The position numbers were made by a program, and so were the translations under genes. From an uncultured Christensenella sp. (GTDB taxonomy: Bacteria; Bacillota; Clostridia; Christensenellales; UBA3700), in assembly GCA_910584635.1 (NCBI GenBank), contig CAJUBA010000001.1:330520-394519 (forward strand): a DNA stretch of 64,000 nucleotides, written 5' to 3'. A model generated the notes under the pieces. That model was given only the letters and a program-made list of their open reading frames with translations. It had not been told where the DNA came from and ran no database searches. Below, piece after piece: positions 21,061 to 29,591 of the stretch (its first letter is position 1; the number at the start of each line of letters is the position of its first letter).

Positions 21061-21498
21061 TCACAATCCGCGTATATTAAATACTCTTCCGCCGTTCTCA
21101 TCAACATCTATATCAATTATTATCGGATTCTCAACGCATTCAAACTTATTCCACTCTATCACGCATACGCCGTTCATAAAAAGATAATCATTTAACCCAA
21201 GTTCATACAACTCTTCTTCGTCCGAGACTCTATACATATCAAAATGATAAAGCGGCAATCTGCCTAAGTATTCTTTCATAAACGTAAAAGTCGGACTCGT
21301 AACAACGTCGTCAACTTCAAGCGCTTTGGCAAGTCCTTTCGTAAACGTAGTTTTGCCGGCGCCGAGATCTCCGTTAAGAAGAATCACTTCCCCGCCTTTA
21401 AGTTTGTCCGCAATAGATTTAGCAAGCGCATAAGTTTCCTCTACGCTTTTTGATATATATTTTATAGAAGCATTGATTTTACCTTTCATTTTGTCCAT
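21061..21498 (-). CDS. tsaE: tRNA t6A37 ATPase TsaE
   Basis: P-loop [13 protein letters not shown]. Starting at the ATG at 21498 gives a typical 145 aa. The 177-aa track ORF starts at a TTG and runs through the ribU promoter. Confidence 0.8.
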   Translation of the reverse strand: MDKMKGKINASIKYISKSVEETYALAKSIADKLKGGEVILLNGDLGAGKTTFTKGLAKALEVDDVVTSPTFTFMKEYLGRLPLYHFDMYRVSDEEELYELGLNDYLFMNGVCVIEWNKFECVENPIIIDIDVDENGGRVFNIRGL

Positions 21499-21553
21499 AT
21501 AATTTTTATCGAAATTTTTCGCTGACTTTGTCGATATTTTTATTATATTACAC

Positions 21554-21582
21554 TTGACAGCAATTTGCAAATGATTTATAAT
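21554..21582 (+). promoter_or_regulatory. consensus sigma-A/sigma-70 promoter for the FMN riboswitch and ribU
   Basis: TTGACA (21554-21559), a 17-nt spacer, then TATAAT (21577-21582). Confidence 0.7.
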
Positions 21583-21595
21583 CTTACTAATCAAA

Positions 21596-21718
21596 TATTC
21601 TTTGAGGGTAGGTGAAATTCCTCACCGGTGGTATAGCCCACTAACGTCGTAAATCTTTATGCGACGCCGAGCAAGCGAAATTCTTGCGCCGACAGTAAAG
21701 TCTGGATAGGAAAAGGAT
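21596..21718 (+). promoter_or_regulatory. FMN riboswitch (RFN element)
   Basis: GAGGGTAGGTGAAATTCCTCACCGGTGGTATAGCCCAC...CGCCGACAGTAAAGTCTGGATAGGAAAAGG matches the conserved RFN core (GGGUGAAAUUCC..ACCGGCGGU..AGCCC..CCGACAGU.AAGUCUGGAU.GGA.AAGG). It sits upstream of a riboflavin transporter gene. Confidence 0.9.
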
Positions 21719-21725
21719 TATTATT

Positions 21726-22331
21726 ATGAATAAAAAAATTTCTAGAAGCAAGTGGCTTGCCACTTCCGCTCTTCTTTCCGCAATGGCAAGCGTTCTTATG
21801 TTTTGGGAACTTCCCGTACCGCTTATGCCCCCGTTTATTAAATTGGATTTTTCCTTACTCCCATGTATTATAGGAAGCATCGCGCTTGGACCTACAAGCG
21901 GCATAGTAGTTACTACTATTAAGGAATTGATACATCTTATGATACGCGGAGCAAGTTCCACCGGCGGCGTAGGAAACCTAGCGGATTACTTCACCTGTCT
22001 TTGCGTCGTAATACCATCGGGATTGATTTATAAATTAAAACCGAATATCAAAGGATTAATAGCAGGACTAACCGTAGGCTCAATCTGCTCGGGAGTTTTG
22101 TCGGGACTCGTATTTAACGCATTAGTAGTTTATCCTCTTTACGATAAATTCATGTTGCCTATGCAACAAATTATTGCAATGTATCAAAAAATCCGTCCGA
22201 GCGCGAACGGACTTTGGGAAGTGTTGGCGATTTTCAATATGCCGTTTACCTTCCTTAAATGCGCAATTATCAGCATTATAGCAGTCTGCATATCAAAACC
22301 TTTAGAAAGATACGTGCTATATCGCAGATAA
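21726..22331 (+). CDS. ribU: ECF-type riboflavin transporter S component
   Basis: 201 aa, polytopic. It has the FIKLDFSLLP motif typical of RibU/FmnP and is preceded by the FMN riboswitch. Confidence 0.85.
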   Translation: MNKKISRSKWLATSALLSAMASVLMFWELPVPLMPPFIKLDFSLLPCIIGSIALGPTSGIVVTTIKELIHLMIRGASSTGGVGNLADYFTCLCVVIPSGLIYKLKPNIKGLIAGLTVGSICSGVLSGLVFNALVVYPLYDKFMLPMQQIIAMYQKIRPSANGLWEVLAIFNMPFTFLKCAIISIIAVCISKPLERYVLYRR

Positions 22332-22359
22332 ATTAGGCTTATTTATATTCAACAAGAAG

Positions 22360-22716
22360 TCAGCGTCTGACCTTTACGCAGTAAAACAGCGTTTCTATTT
22401 CTTTATTGTCGACATTCGGCTTCTTGTTGAGTTTGCTTATCTCATGAATTATATCCATGTCAAAAGATACGAGTATTTCCTCAAATCCGTAAACTTCGCT
22501 AATCGATTGTTTTATTTGTTCTTCAAGTTGAGTCCGTTGCGTCCTACTGAATAGCGGTTTTGGAATTACGCCTACAAGCGCGCGATTTTTCCATACCAAC
22601 GCAACGCAGTAGTCTACCATGGAATTTTGCGAAACAATGCTTTCTACACCTTGCAACGCTTGATCTTCGTCAATCGCCGCAATATAATTACAATTATTCA
22701 AATCAATATCTAACAT
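22360..22716 (-). CDS. hypothetical protein (weak resemblance to YhcN/YlaJ-type sporulation domain)
   Basis: 118-aa ORF. The pattern ALVGVIP..(30 aa)..ILVSFDMDIIHEI is reminiscent of that family, but no signal peptide or lipobox is present. Confidence 0.5.
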   Translation of the reverse strand: MLDIDLNNCNYIAAIDEDQALQGVESIVSQNSMVDYCVALVWKNRALVGVIPKPLFSRTQRTQLEEQIKQSISEVYGFEEILVSFDMDIIHEISKLNKKPNVDNKEIETLFYCVKVRR

Positions 22717-22776
22717 AATTTCCTCCGAACGTACTGTTTATATTTTGGCAAATTCTGTAAGTTTTATACTTGACGC

Positions 22777-22802
22777 AAAAAAATCCGCGCCTTTCGCGCG
22801 GA
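22777..22802 (-). terminator. rho-independent terminator after rsfS
   Basis: TCCGCGC-ctttc-GCGCGGA followed on the minus strand by T7. Confidence 0.8.
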
Positions 22803-22900
22803 CATAAAGTATTTGTCTATTTTATTATTTAGTCTTTATATATTTTACTCTATAATATTTTGAACAATGTTCAAAATACCGATACAACGTTGTTCAACTA

Positions 22901-23245
22901 TTATTCATCTACGCCGTAATGCGTAATATTCGCGCCATCCGACCAAAGGTTTTCCAAAGAATACAGTCTTCTTGTTTCCTCATAGAATATGTGAACTATA
23001 ACATCGCCGTAGTCAAGCACCGCCCATCTGCCTTCCTGTTTTCCTTCGACTCTCAAAGGTTCGCAGCCTTCTTTTGACATTCCTTCATCTACTATATCTA
23101 CCAACGCTTTTACTTGCGTATTCGATCTTGCCGAGCATATAACAAAACAATCCGCTATAACGGTAAGTTTGCTAATATCTACGATTACTATATCTTTCGC
23201 CTTCTTTTCATCAAGCAATTTACAAATCAATTCAACTTTTTCCAT
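22901..23245 (-). CDS. rsfS: ribosome silencing factor RsfS (iojap)
   Basis: 114 aa. Motifs DIVIVDISKLTVIADCFVICSARSNTQVKAL and WAVLDYGDVIVHIF. Confidence 0.9.
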   Translation of the reverse strand: MEKVELICKLLDEKKAKDIVIVDISKLTVIADCFVICSARSNTQVKALVDIVDEGMSKEGCEPLRVEGKQEGRWAVLDYGDVIVHIFYEETRRLYSLENLWSDGANITHYGVDE

Positions 23246-23296
23246 AATATCTCCAATTAAATGTTAATGTAATCTTAGCAGAAATAAGCGTTTATG

Positions 23297-24406
23297 TCAA
23301 TTATTTCTCAATTCGTCGACCGCTTCCAATGTCAACGGATATATATTTCCGCCTTTTTCTTTCAGAAATTTATATTGCGCAAGCGCGCATGCCTTATATC
23401 CTTCATCCAAAGACTTGTTTATAATACTACGCAATTCCTCGACTTCTTCATAATTCCTGCCCGGCTCCAACATATCCGCGCAAAAAATCAGTTTCTGTAA
23501 ATCGCTCATATTTCTTTTTCCGGTCGTATGATATCTTATCGCATCTAAAACTTCGCTATCTTCAACGCCATACTCTTTATAAGCGATATTCGCGCCCATA
23601 AACTGGTGTTCGACAGGAGTACCGACACTATCCGACGGAACATTAGACGTATCATGTTCTTCACGACAAAGCGCTTTGGCGCAATCATGCAATATCCCTG
23701 CAAGCAAAATCTTATCGTAGTCTAACCCCAATTTAAGGCTATAATTAAGCCCTAACGCATACGAAGCAGTTCTTGAACAATGTTCAAAAGTGTTGCTCGG
23801 GATGTTATTTTTAAGTTTTTTAATAATATCCGAATACTTACAATACAAGTTGTTGGCTTCTATATATTCGACAACATTCGGATTCAAATTATCGTAAGAA
23901 CCCAATTCGACATTGTATCTAATCAACGTAGACGATATGTCCGCCGGCATATATTCGCATACTCTAATATCCGCGCCTTGCCTTGTCCAATAACCAAGAG
24001 ATTCTTTGAATTTATCGCTGACGCCGCGAGCAAAAACATACAATGGACATATAGATATTACTTCGCGAGGATTTTTCCATTTATGCAAATCTTCCAGACT
24101 GTCGCCGCCTATTACAAATGCGATATCTCCGTAAATTTCTTTAAGTTGAGGAAGAACTTCGCAAGTATAGCGTTTTCCTTGACCGAACTTCTCAAAATCA
24201 GAGATTTCCACTCTTTCCAAACCCGAAATCGCTATTTTCAGCATATCTATACGTTGTTCAAAAGAAGTCGAACATTCTTTATGCGGCGGATTGACTGACG
24301 GCAAAAGAATAACCGTATCCACGCCTTCCAATGTCAGAAGGTATTTAACTATATTTACATGTTCGTTATGCACGGGATTAAATGCGCCGCCAAAAATAAT
24401 TTTCAT
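23297..24406 (-). CDS. nadD: fused nicotinate-nucleotide adenylyltransferase (NadD) and HD-domain YqeK phosphohydrolase
   Basis: The N-terminal half has GGAFNPVHNEH (the NadD HxGH motif). The C-terminal half has HCSRTA..GILHDCAK (the HD domain of YqeK). It is a single 369-aa ORF. Confidence 0.85.
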   Translation of the reverse strand: MKIIFGGAFNPVHNEHVNIVKYLLTLEGVDTVILLPSVNPPHKECSTSFEQRIDMLKIAISGLERVEISDFEKFGQGKRYTCEVLPQLKEIYGDIAFVIGGDSLEDLHKWKNPREVISICPLYVFARGVSDKFKESLGYWTRQGADIRVCEYMPADISSTLIRYNVELGSYDNLNPNVVEYIEANNLYCKYSDIIKKLKNNIPSNTFEHCSRTASYALGLNYSLKLGLDYDKILLAGILHDCAKALCREEHDTSNVPSDSVGTPVEHQFMGANIAYKEYGVEDSEVLDAIRYHTTGKRNMSDLQKLIFCADMLEPGRNYEEVEELRSIINKSLDEGYKACALAQYKFLKEKGGNIYPLTLEAVDELRNN

Positions 24407-24493
24407 ATTCTTATTTTACACAAAATCGCGCGAATTAGCAACGAATCTATATAAATAAAGTATATTAGAAGCAAATTCGGCAATAATTTGCGT

Positions 24494-25234
24494 ATGTCGG
24501 TTATTTTGGATTTATTCTTACTTACAATCATCACTTTCATCGCGTCCTATATCTGCCTGTCGTTTTTGACAATGAGTATAGGCGTTAAATTACTATGCTG
24601 CGTTCTCATCAGCGTAGTAATCTCTTCATTAGTCAAAAAAATATTATTCAAAAACAACACCCAACAGATAAATTACAGAAAATTTGTTACATACCTTATA
24701 TGGCAAGGCGAAGACAAAGCCAAGGAATTGCTATCTAATTTATGCGCAGATTGCGACTTCGAAGATAGAGGCGAATACGTAATCGCCGATGGCAAAGCAA
24801 TCTTTCTTTGGACAAAATACGGCGCTATATCCGCAGATACTATAGTAAAGTTTTATCGCTCTTGCAAAAAAGACGGCATTAGCGACGCGTACGTCTTGAC
24901 TACAAACAGCGACAAAAAAATGATGGCGCTCGTAAAAAGTTTTGGCGACGTAACCCTTACCTTTTCGACTTTCAAACCTATTTACAAGAAATTAAAACAA
25001 CAGGAAAAACTCCCCGACGACATTCGCGAAAAAATTCCCGCGGCTCAGTTGTTAAAACTGATATTCCACAGCGCTTTTACACGCAAAAACGGATTTAGGT
25101 TCGTAGGAGTAAGTCTTCTTTTGCTTTCAATAAGTTTCTTTACGCCGTTCGGAAAATACTATCTAACTCTCGCGTCGATAAATATAATTCTCGCACTTGT
25201 ATGCTTAGTTAAAGCCCTAAAAGATAAAACATAA
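24494..25234 (+). CDS. hypothetical membrane protein
   Basis: Two N-terminal and two C-terminal hydrophobic helices flank a soluble domain of about 130 aa. The ATG at 24494 is preferred over the TTG at 24488. Confidence 0.6.
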   Translation: MSVILDLFLLTIITFIASYICLSFLTMSIGVKLLCCVLISVVISSLVKKILFKNNTQQINYRKFVTYLIWQGEDKAKELLSNLCADCDFEDRGEYVIADGKAIFLWTKYGAISADTIVKFYRSCKKDGISDAYVLTTNSDKKMMALVKSFGDVTLTFSTFKPIYKKLKQQEKLPDDIREKIPAAQLLKLIFHSAFTRKNGFRFVGVSLLLLSISFFTPFGKYYLTLASINIILALVCLVKALKDKT

Positions 25235-25266
25235 TAATATACGGTAAAAAAACTATTCGGATTCGC

Positions 25267-25295
25267 TTTACATATAATGAATATTATGATAATAT
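25267..25295 (+). promoter_or_regulatory. candidate extended -10 promoter for the lysine riboswitch operon
   Basis: TTTACA, a 17-nt spacer, then TAATAT, with TG one nt upstream of the -10. Confidence 0.5.
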
Positions 25296-25305
25296 ATTTT
25301 TAAGT

Positions 25306-25472
25306 TTACAGAGGCGCAGAATATATCAGTAACGGGATTTGAGCGACAAGACGCCCCCACGAAAGGATATTTTGCCGAAATCATACGCCGATCTTGAACA
25401 AGGCGTGCGGTTGGTTGCTACGGTGAACAACCCTGCAACTGTCATCTTGAAATGTCGAGGTGAAGCGCTTAA
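25306..25472 (+). promoter_or_regulatory. lysine riboswitch (L-box)
   Basis: AGAGGCGC...GAAAGG...GCCGAAA...ACTGTCA...GAGGTGAAGCGCT occur in the canonical L-box order, upstream of asd-dapA-dapB. Confidence 0.85.
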
Positions 25473-25506
25473 ACGGACAGAATATTTAATAATTTGTCTA
25501 TTTATT

Positions 25507-25535
25507 ATGCTTTACGACCTCGTAAAGCATTTTTT
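25507..25535 (+). terminator. riboswitch expression-platform terminator
   Basis: ATGCTTTACG-acct-CGTAAAGCAT (10-bp perfect stem) followed by T5. Confidence 0.85.
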
Positions 25536-25602
25536 GATTCCCTCCAAAACTATACAAAGAGAAATAAATTTTGAGTACAGACTCATATACAAGGAGATAT
25601 TT

Positions 25603-26622
25603 ATGAAAAAGTACAACGTCGCCGTCGTAGGCGCGACCGGCATGGTAGGAAACAAATTTTTGGAAGTATTGACCGAAAAACAACTTCCCGTAGAAAATTA
25701 TTATCTTTTTGCTTCGGCAAAAAGCGCGGGCAAAGTAATCGACTTTATGGGCAAACCCCATACCGTAATCGAATTAACGGAAGAAAACGTAAAATCGCAC
25801 AAAGTAGACATCGCTCTATTCAGCGCGGGCGGTTCGACAAGCGCGAAGTTCGCTCCGGTATTCGCTAAATGCGGCGCGGTTGTAATCGACAATTCCAGCC
25901 AATGGAGAATGGATCCGACGGTTCCGCTCGTAGTTCCCGAAGTAAATCCGCAGGATATTGATTGGAACAACGGCATTATCGCAAACCCCAACTGCTCTAC
26001 TATCCAGGCTATGGTCGCTTTGAAGCCTTTGAAGGAAAAATACGGTATCAAAAGAGTTATTTACAGCACATATCAAGCGGTAAGCGGCGCGGGCGTTGCG
26101 GGATATAACGATCTTCTCGACGGACTCAAAGCGTTTGTAAACGGCGAAGACTACGCTACGAAGAAATTCCCGTATCAAATCGCAAACAACTGTATCCCCC
26201 ATATCGACGTATTCCTCGAAAACGGTTATACCAAAGAAGAAGAAAAAATGATAAAGGAAACCAAAAAGATTTTGGGCGATCAGAATATGAAAGTTACCGC
26301 GACTACCGTTAGAGTTCCGGTACTCAACTCACACTCCGAATCTATTAACATAGAATTCGAAAAGCCTTGCACAAAGGAAGGTATTATTCAGGCGTTGAAA
26401 TCGCAAAAAGGCATCGTAGTATGCGACGATGTGGCGAATAACGTATATCCTATGCCTAAAGATACTACCGGTCATGACGAGGTCTACGTAGGACGTATAC
26501 GTATCGACGACACCGTCGAAAGCGGATGCAACTTGTGGGTAGTAGCGGACAATATCCGTAAAGGCGCGGCAAGCAACGCCGTTCAAATCGCTCAATACAT
26601 GATCGAAAACGGAAAAATCTAA
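25603..26622 (+). CDS. asd: aspartate-semialdehyde dehydrogenase
   Basis: MKKYNVAVVGATGMVG follows an AAGGAG SD, giving 339 aa. The 427-aa track ORF reads through the riboswitch. Confidence 0.93.
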   Translation: MKKYNVAVVGATGMVGNKFLEVLTEKQLPVENYYLFASAKSAGKVIDFMGKPHTVIELTEENVKSHKVDIALFSAGGSTSAKFAPVFAKCGAVVIDNSSQWRMDPTVPLVVPEVNPQDIDWNNGIIANPNCSTIQAMVALKPLKEKYGIKRVIYSTYQAVSGAGVAGYNDLLDGLKAFVNGEDYATKKFPYQIANNCIPHIDVFLENGYTKEEEKMIKETKKILGDQNMKVTATTVRVPVLNSHSESINIEFEKPCTKEGIIQALKSQKGIVVCDDVANNVYPMPKDTTGHDEVYVGRIRIDDTVESGCNLWVVADNIRKGAASNAVQIAQYMIENGKI

Positions 26623-26637
26623 ATTAGAGGAACAACT

Positions 26638-27516
26638 ATGTTTGAAGGTACTTATACCGCGATAATCACCCCGTTTTCAAAGACGGGCGTAGATTATGAA
26701 AGTTTTGAAAAATTGATAGAAAGTCAAATTGCGGGCGGAATCAACGGTCTTGTCTTTATCGGCACGACCGGAGAACCCGCTACAATGACTTCCAAAGAAA
26801 AAGACGAATTGCGCGCTTTCGCTTTGAAGAAAGTAAATAAGCGCGTCCCCGTCATTTTCGGCACGGGTTGCAACTGTACGCAAACGGCTGTAGATAATTC
26901 CGTAACGGCGCAAAAAGAAGGCGCAGACGGAATATTGGTGGTATCGCCATACTATAATAAATGCACGCAAAACGGACTTTTCTTACATTACAGCGCAATC
27001 GCGGAGAAATGCTCCCTGCCTATGATAATCTACAACGTACCGGGAAGAACAGGCGTGAACATACTGCCCGAAACGGCGGGAAAACTCGCTCATGAAATTC
27101 CCACTATCGTAGGAATAAAAGAAGCGTGCGGAAATTTAGAGCAAATAGCAAAGACGGCGGAAAACATCAAAGGCACTAATTTGCAACTTATGAGCGGCGA
27201 CGACAAACTCGCGGTTGACATCGCAAGACTTGGCGGAACTACCCTTATCTCCGTTGCAAGCAACGCTCTCCCGAAAGAGTTTACGCAGATTATGGCGTAC
27301 GCCAACGCGGGAAGATTTGACGAAGCCGACGCTTTGTATTCAAAGTACGACAGGCTTGTGGATTTGCTTTTCAGCGAAGTCAACCCAATACCTATCAAGT
27401 ACGCTTGCTCGCAACTAGGTCTTTGTCAAAACGTCTTGCGACTGCCTTTGACCTCTATGAGCGAAGACAAAGCGCAAATACTGCGCGCGGAAATGCAAAG
27501 ACTTCAAATTATATAA
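26638..27516 (+). CDS. dapA: 4-hydroxy-tetrahydrodipicolinate synthase
   Basis: 292 aa. Motifs GTTGEPATMT and IIYNVPGRTG. Confidence 0.93.
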   Translation: MFEGTYTAIITPFSKTGVDYESFEKLIESQIAGGINGLVFIGTTGEPATMTSKEKDELRAFALKKVNKRVPVIFGTGCNCTQTAVDNSVTAQKEGADGILVVSPYYNKCTQNGLFLHYSAIAEKCSLPMIIYNVPGRTGVNILPETAGKLAHEIPTIVGIKEACGNLEQIAKTAENIKGTNLQLMSGDDKLAVDIARLGGTTLISVASNALPKEFTQIMAYANAGRFDEADALYSKYDRLVDLLFSEVNPIPIKYACSQLGLCQNVLRLPLTSMSEDKAQILRAEMQRLQII

Positions 27517-27529
27517 TATAGGTGATTTT

Positions 27530-28282
27530 ATGATAAAAGTATTGATTTGGGGAATTGGCGGAAGAATGGGCAAAAACATTCTCGAAGGAATCTCGGCGTT
27601 TGAAAACGTAGAGGCAGTCGGAGGCGTAGACAGATACGCAGACCCGTCGCAATTCAAATTACCCGTTTTCAAAAGCGGTAAAGAAATAAACGTCGACGCC
27701 GACGTAATAATCGACTTTTCCCGCCCCGACGCGCTTGACGAGATTTTGGAATACGCGCTTGCGCATAAATGCGGAATAATGCTCGCTACGACGGGTTATT
27801 CGGAAAAACAGCAACAAATGATTGACGACGCGTCAAAAAGCATAGCGGTCTTCCAATCGAGCAATATGTCTTTGGGAGTAAATCTTTTGATAGAATTATG
27901 CAAAAAGGCTTCTGAATTTCTAGGAGAAAAATACGACATAGAAATCATTGAGCAGCACCATAACCAAAAAGTAGATTCTCCGTCGGGAACCGCTCTTTCT
28001 ATCGCAAACGCTATAAACGAAGAATTTGACGATTCCAAAGAATTTGTCTACGGCAGGCACGACAAAAACTGTCGTCGCAAAGAAAAAGAAATAGGAATTC
28101 ACGCAGTAAGAGGCGGAACTATCGTCGGAAAGCATGACGTATTGTTTATAGGCAAAGACGAAGTTATCACTATCTCTCACGAAGCGCAATCAAGAGCCGT
28201 TTTCGCGCAAGGAGCGATACGCGCCGCAATATTCCTCTCTTCTAAGGAATCAGGCAAATATTCCATGAAAGATATGTTCTAA
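27530..28282 (+). CDS. dapB: 4-hydroxy-tetrahydrodipicolinate reductase
   Basis: 250 aa. Motifs GRMGK and EQHHNQKVDSPSGTA. Confidence 0.93.
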   Translation: MIKVLIWGIGGRMGKNILEGISAFENVEAVGGVDRYADPSQFKLPVFKSGKEINVDADVIIDFSRPDALDEILEYALAHKCGIMLATTGYSEKQQQMIDDASKSIAVFQSSNMSLGVNLLIELCKKASEFLGEKYDIEIIEQHHNQKVDSPSGTALSIANAINEEFDDSKEFVYGRHDKNCRRKEKEIGIHAVRGGTIVGKHDVLFIGKDEVITISHEAQSRAVFAQGAIRAAIFLSSKESGKYSMKDMF

Positions 28283-28314
28283 GGCAAAACATAACTAAGT
28301 AATACGTTAAAACG

Positions 28315-28340
28315 AAAACGCGTCTAAAGGCGCGTTTTTT
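28315..28340 (+). terminator. rho-independent terminator after dapB
   Basis: AAAACGCG-tctaaagg-CGCGTTTTTT. Confidence 0.75.
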
Positions 28341-28362
28341 CTTGTTTCCGACAAGCGTATTT

Positions 28363-28480
28363 CCGACCAAACGCGAAATCTACACCGCGTTTCAATTTCG
28401 GTCGGACTCTTTAATTATATTGATTTTTTATTACACTAGATATTTCGACTTCGCTTCACTTTGCTCAATATGACGGGTAA
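28363..28480 (-). repeat. 87-nt dispersed repeat unit (28363-28449, minus orientation) plus associated 29-nt module
   Basis: The reverse complement of 28363-28449 aligns without gaps to 59591-59677 at 67/87 (hand count). 28450-28478 matches 59425-59453 at 23/29. Confidence 0.75.
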
Positions 28481-28565
28481 ATAGGCTTTTATCTGCACTC
28501 TCAACATACAAATAAATGGTTACGCATATTCTCCATATACAAGAGAATTTGCAAAGTTAATACAT

Positions 28566-29591
28566 TTACACTTCCAACTTATTAAATCGCTTATAGGATA
28601 TATACATGAACGCCGCGCCCCATATCAAGGTTATCGGAATCATTGTCCAAAGCGACATGCCCTTAAATGCCGGACCTGTCGCCGAGAATGCGCTCATCCA
28701 ATCCAAATTGGATAAAAATCCTACGTAACCTACGTATCCCACGGCAAGCAACTGTTCCGCAAGAAGACCTACGTCAAATCCTATAAATACCAATCCCAAT
28801 ACCAACGCTTTATTATTTGTTTTACAAAGCGAACAAATAAACATACTTGCTTGCACAATCATGAATATTGTTATCGACTTAAAGAACAGCCCCAACATCA
28901 ACGCTCCTAAAGCGGACGTCATAAACACGTCTTTCGCGCGCATTAACAACAATACTTTCGGCGCGGTTGCTCCGAATACAATTACTCCCAACAAAAAGGA
29001 AAGTATGAACGACGCTATTAAAAACGCTTCCGCTACCAAAAATACGCTAAGCCATTTTGCAGTAAAGAATTTGTTTTTGTTTATAGGACGGATAAACTGC
29101 ATTTTCAGCGCTCCGCTGGAATACTCTCCTGTCGTGGCGCGACAGCACGCTACAACTATGAATATCAAAAGAATAGACATGACGGTTGACATACTTGTTT
29201 CCGTGAAAGCGTAGAAATTGAACTCAAACATATTACCGACGCCGTAAGTCGTTACGCCGTTTGGCGCAATGCCGTTTTCGTTGAGATATTCATACATGGT
29301 AAGTTGAGATTTTAATCCGTAAAGAGTTTTATCCGGAAGCAATTTATTCAACCATGTTTGATTTTCTTCAAAAGCGGAAATCTGATTTTTCAGCGATTCT
29401 ATAACAGCCGCGCTTCCGCCCGCTCCGTTGACTCCGCCGATTGACGAGTCTTTTAATACGCCTTTCAAAATCGCGCTGAAAACTGCCGTCGCGATTATGA
29501 TTACTACCAAAGCAATCGCCAGTTTGAGCAAAGTTTTCTTTCTGTTGACTTTATACATTTCGCAAGAAAACATATCTTTGAATCCCGTCAT
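28566..29591 (-). CDS. ABC-2 type transporter permease
   Basis: 341 aa: an N-terminal TM helix, an extracytoplasmic loop of about 100 aa, then 5 TM helices. It overlaps the ATPase gene stop by 4 nt. Confidence 0.75.
   Translation of the reverse strand: MTGFKDMFSCEMYKVNRKKTLLKLAIALVVIIIATAVFSAILKGVLKDSSIGGVNGAGGSAAVIESLKNQISAFEENQTWLNKLLPDKTLYGLKSQLTMYEYLNENGIAPNGVTTYGVGNMFEFNFYAFTETSMSTVMSILLIFIVVACCRATTGEYSSGALKMQFIRPINKNKFFTAKWLSVFLVAEAFLIASFILSFLLGVIVFGATAPKVLLLMRAKDVFMTSALGALMLGLFFKSITIFMIVQASMFICSLCKTNNKALVLGLVFIGFDVGLLAEQLLAVGYVGYVGFLSNLDWMSAFSATGPAFKGMSLWTMIPITLIWGAAFMYISYKRFNKLEV

Noticed and set aside
21641-21961. 106-aa minus-strand ORF
   Set aside because: It overlaps the FMN riboswitch and the 5' part of ribU on the opposite strand. 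It is a low-complexity, implausible protein.
25339-25602. 88-codon N-terminal extension of Asd in the ORF track
   Set aside because: The region is a lysine riboswitch plus an intrinsic terminator. The conserved Asd N-terminus with an AAGGAG SD starts at 25603.
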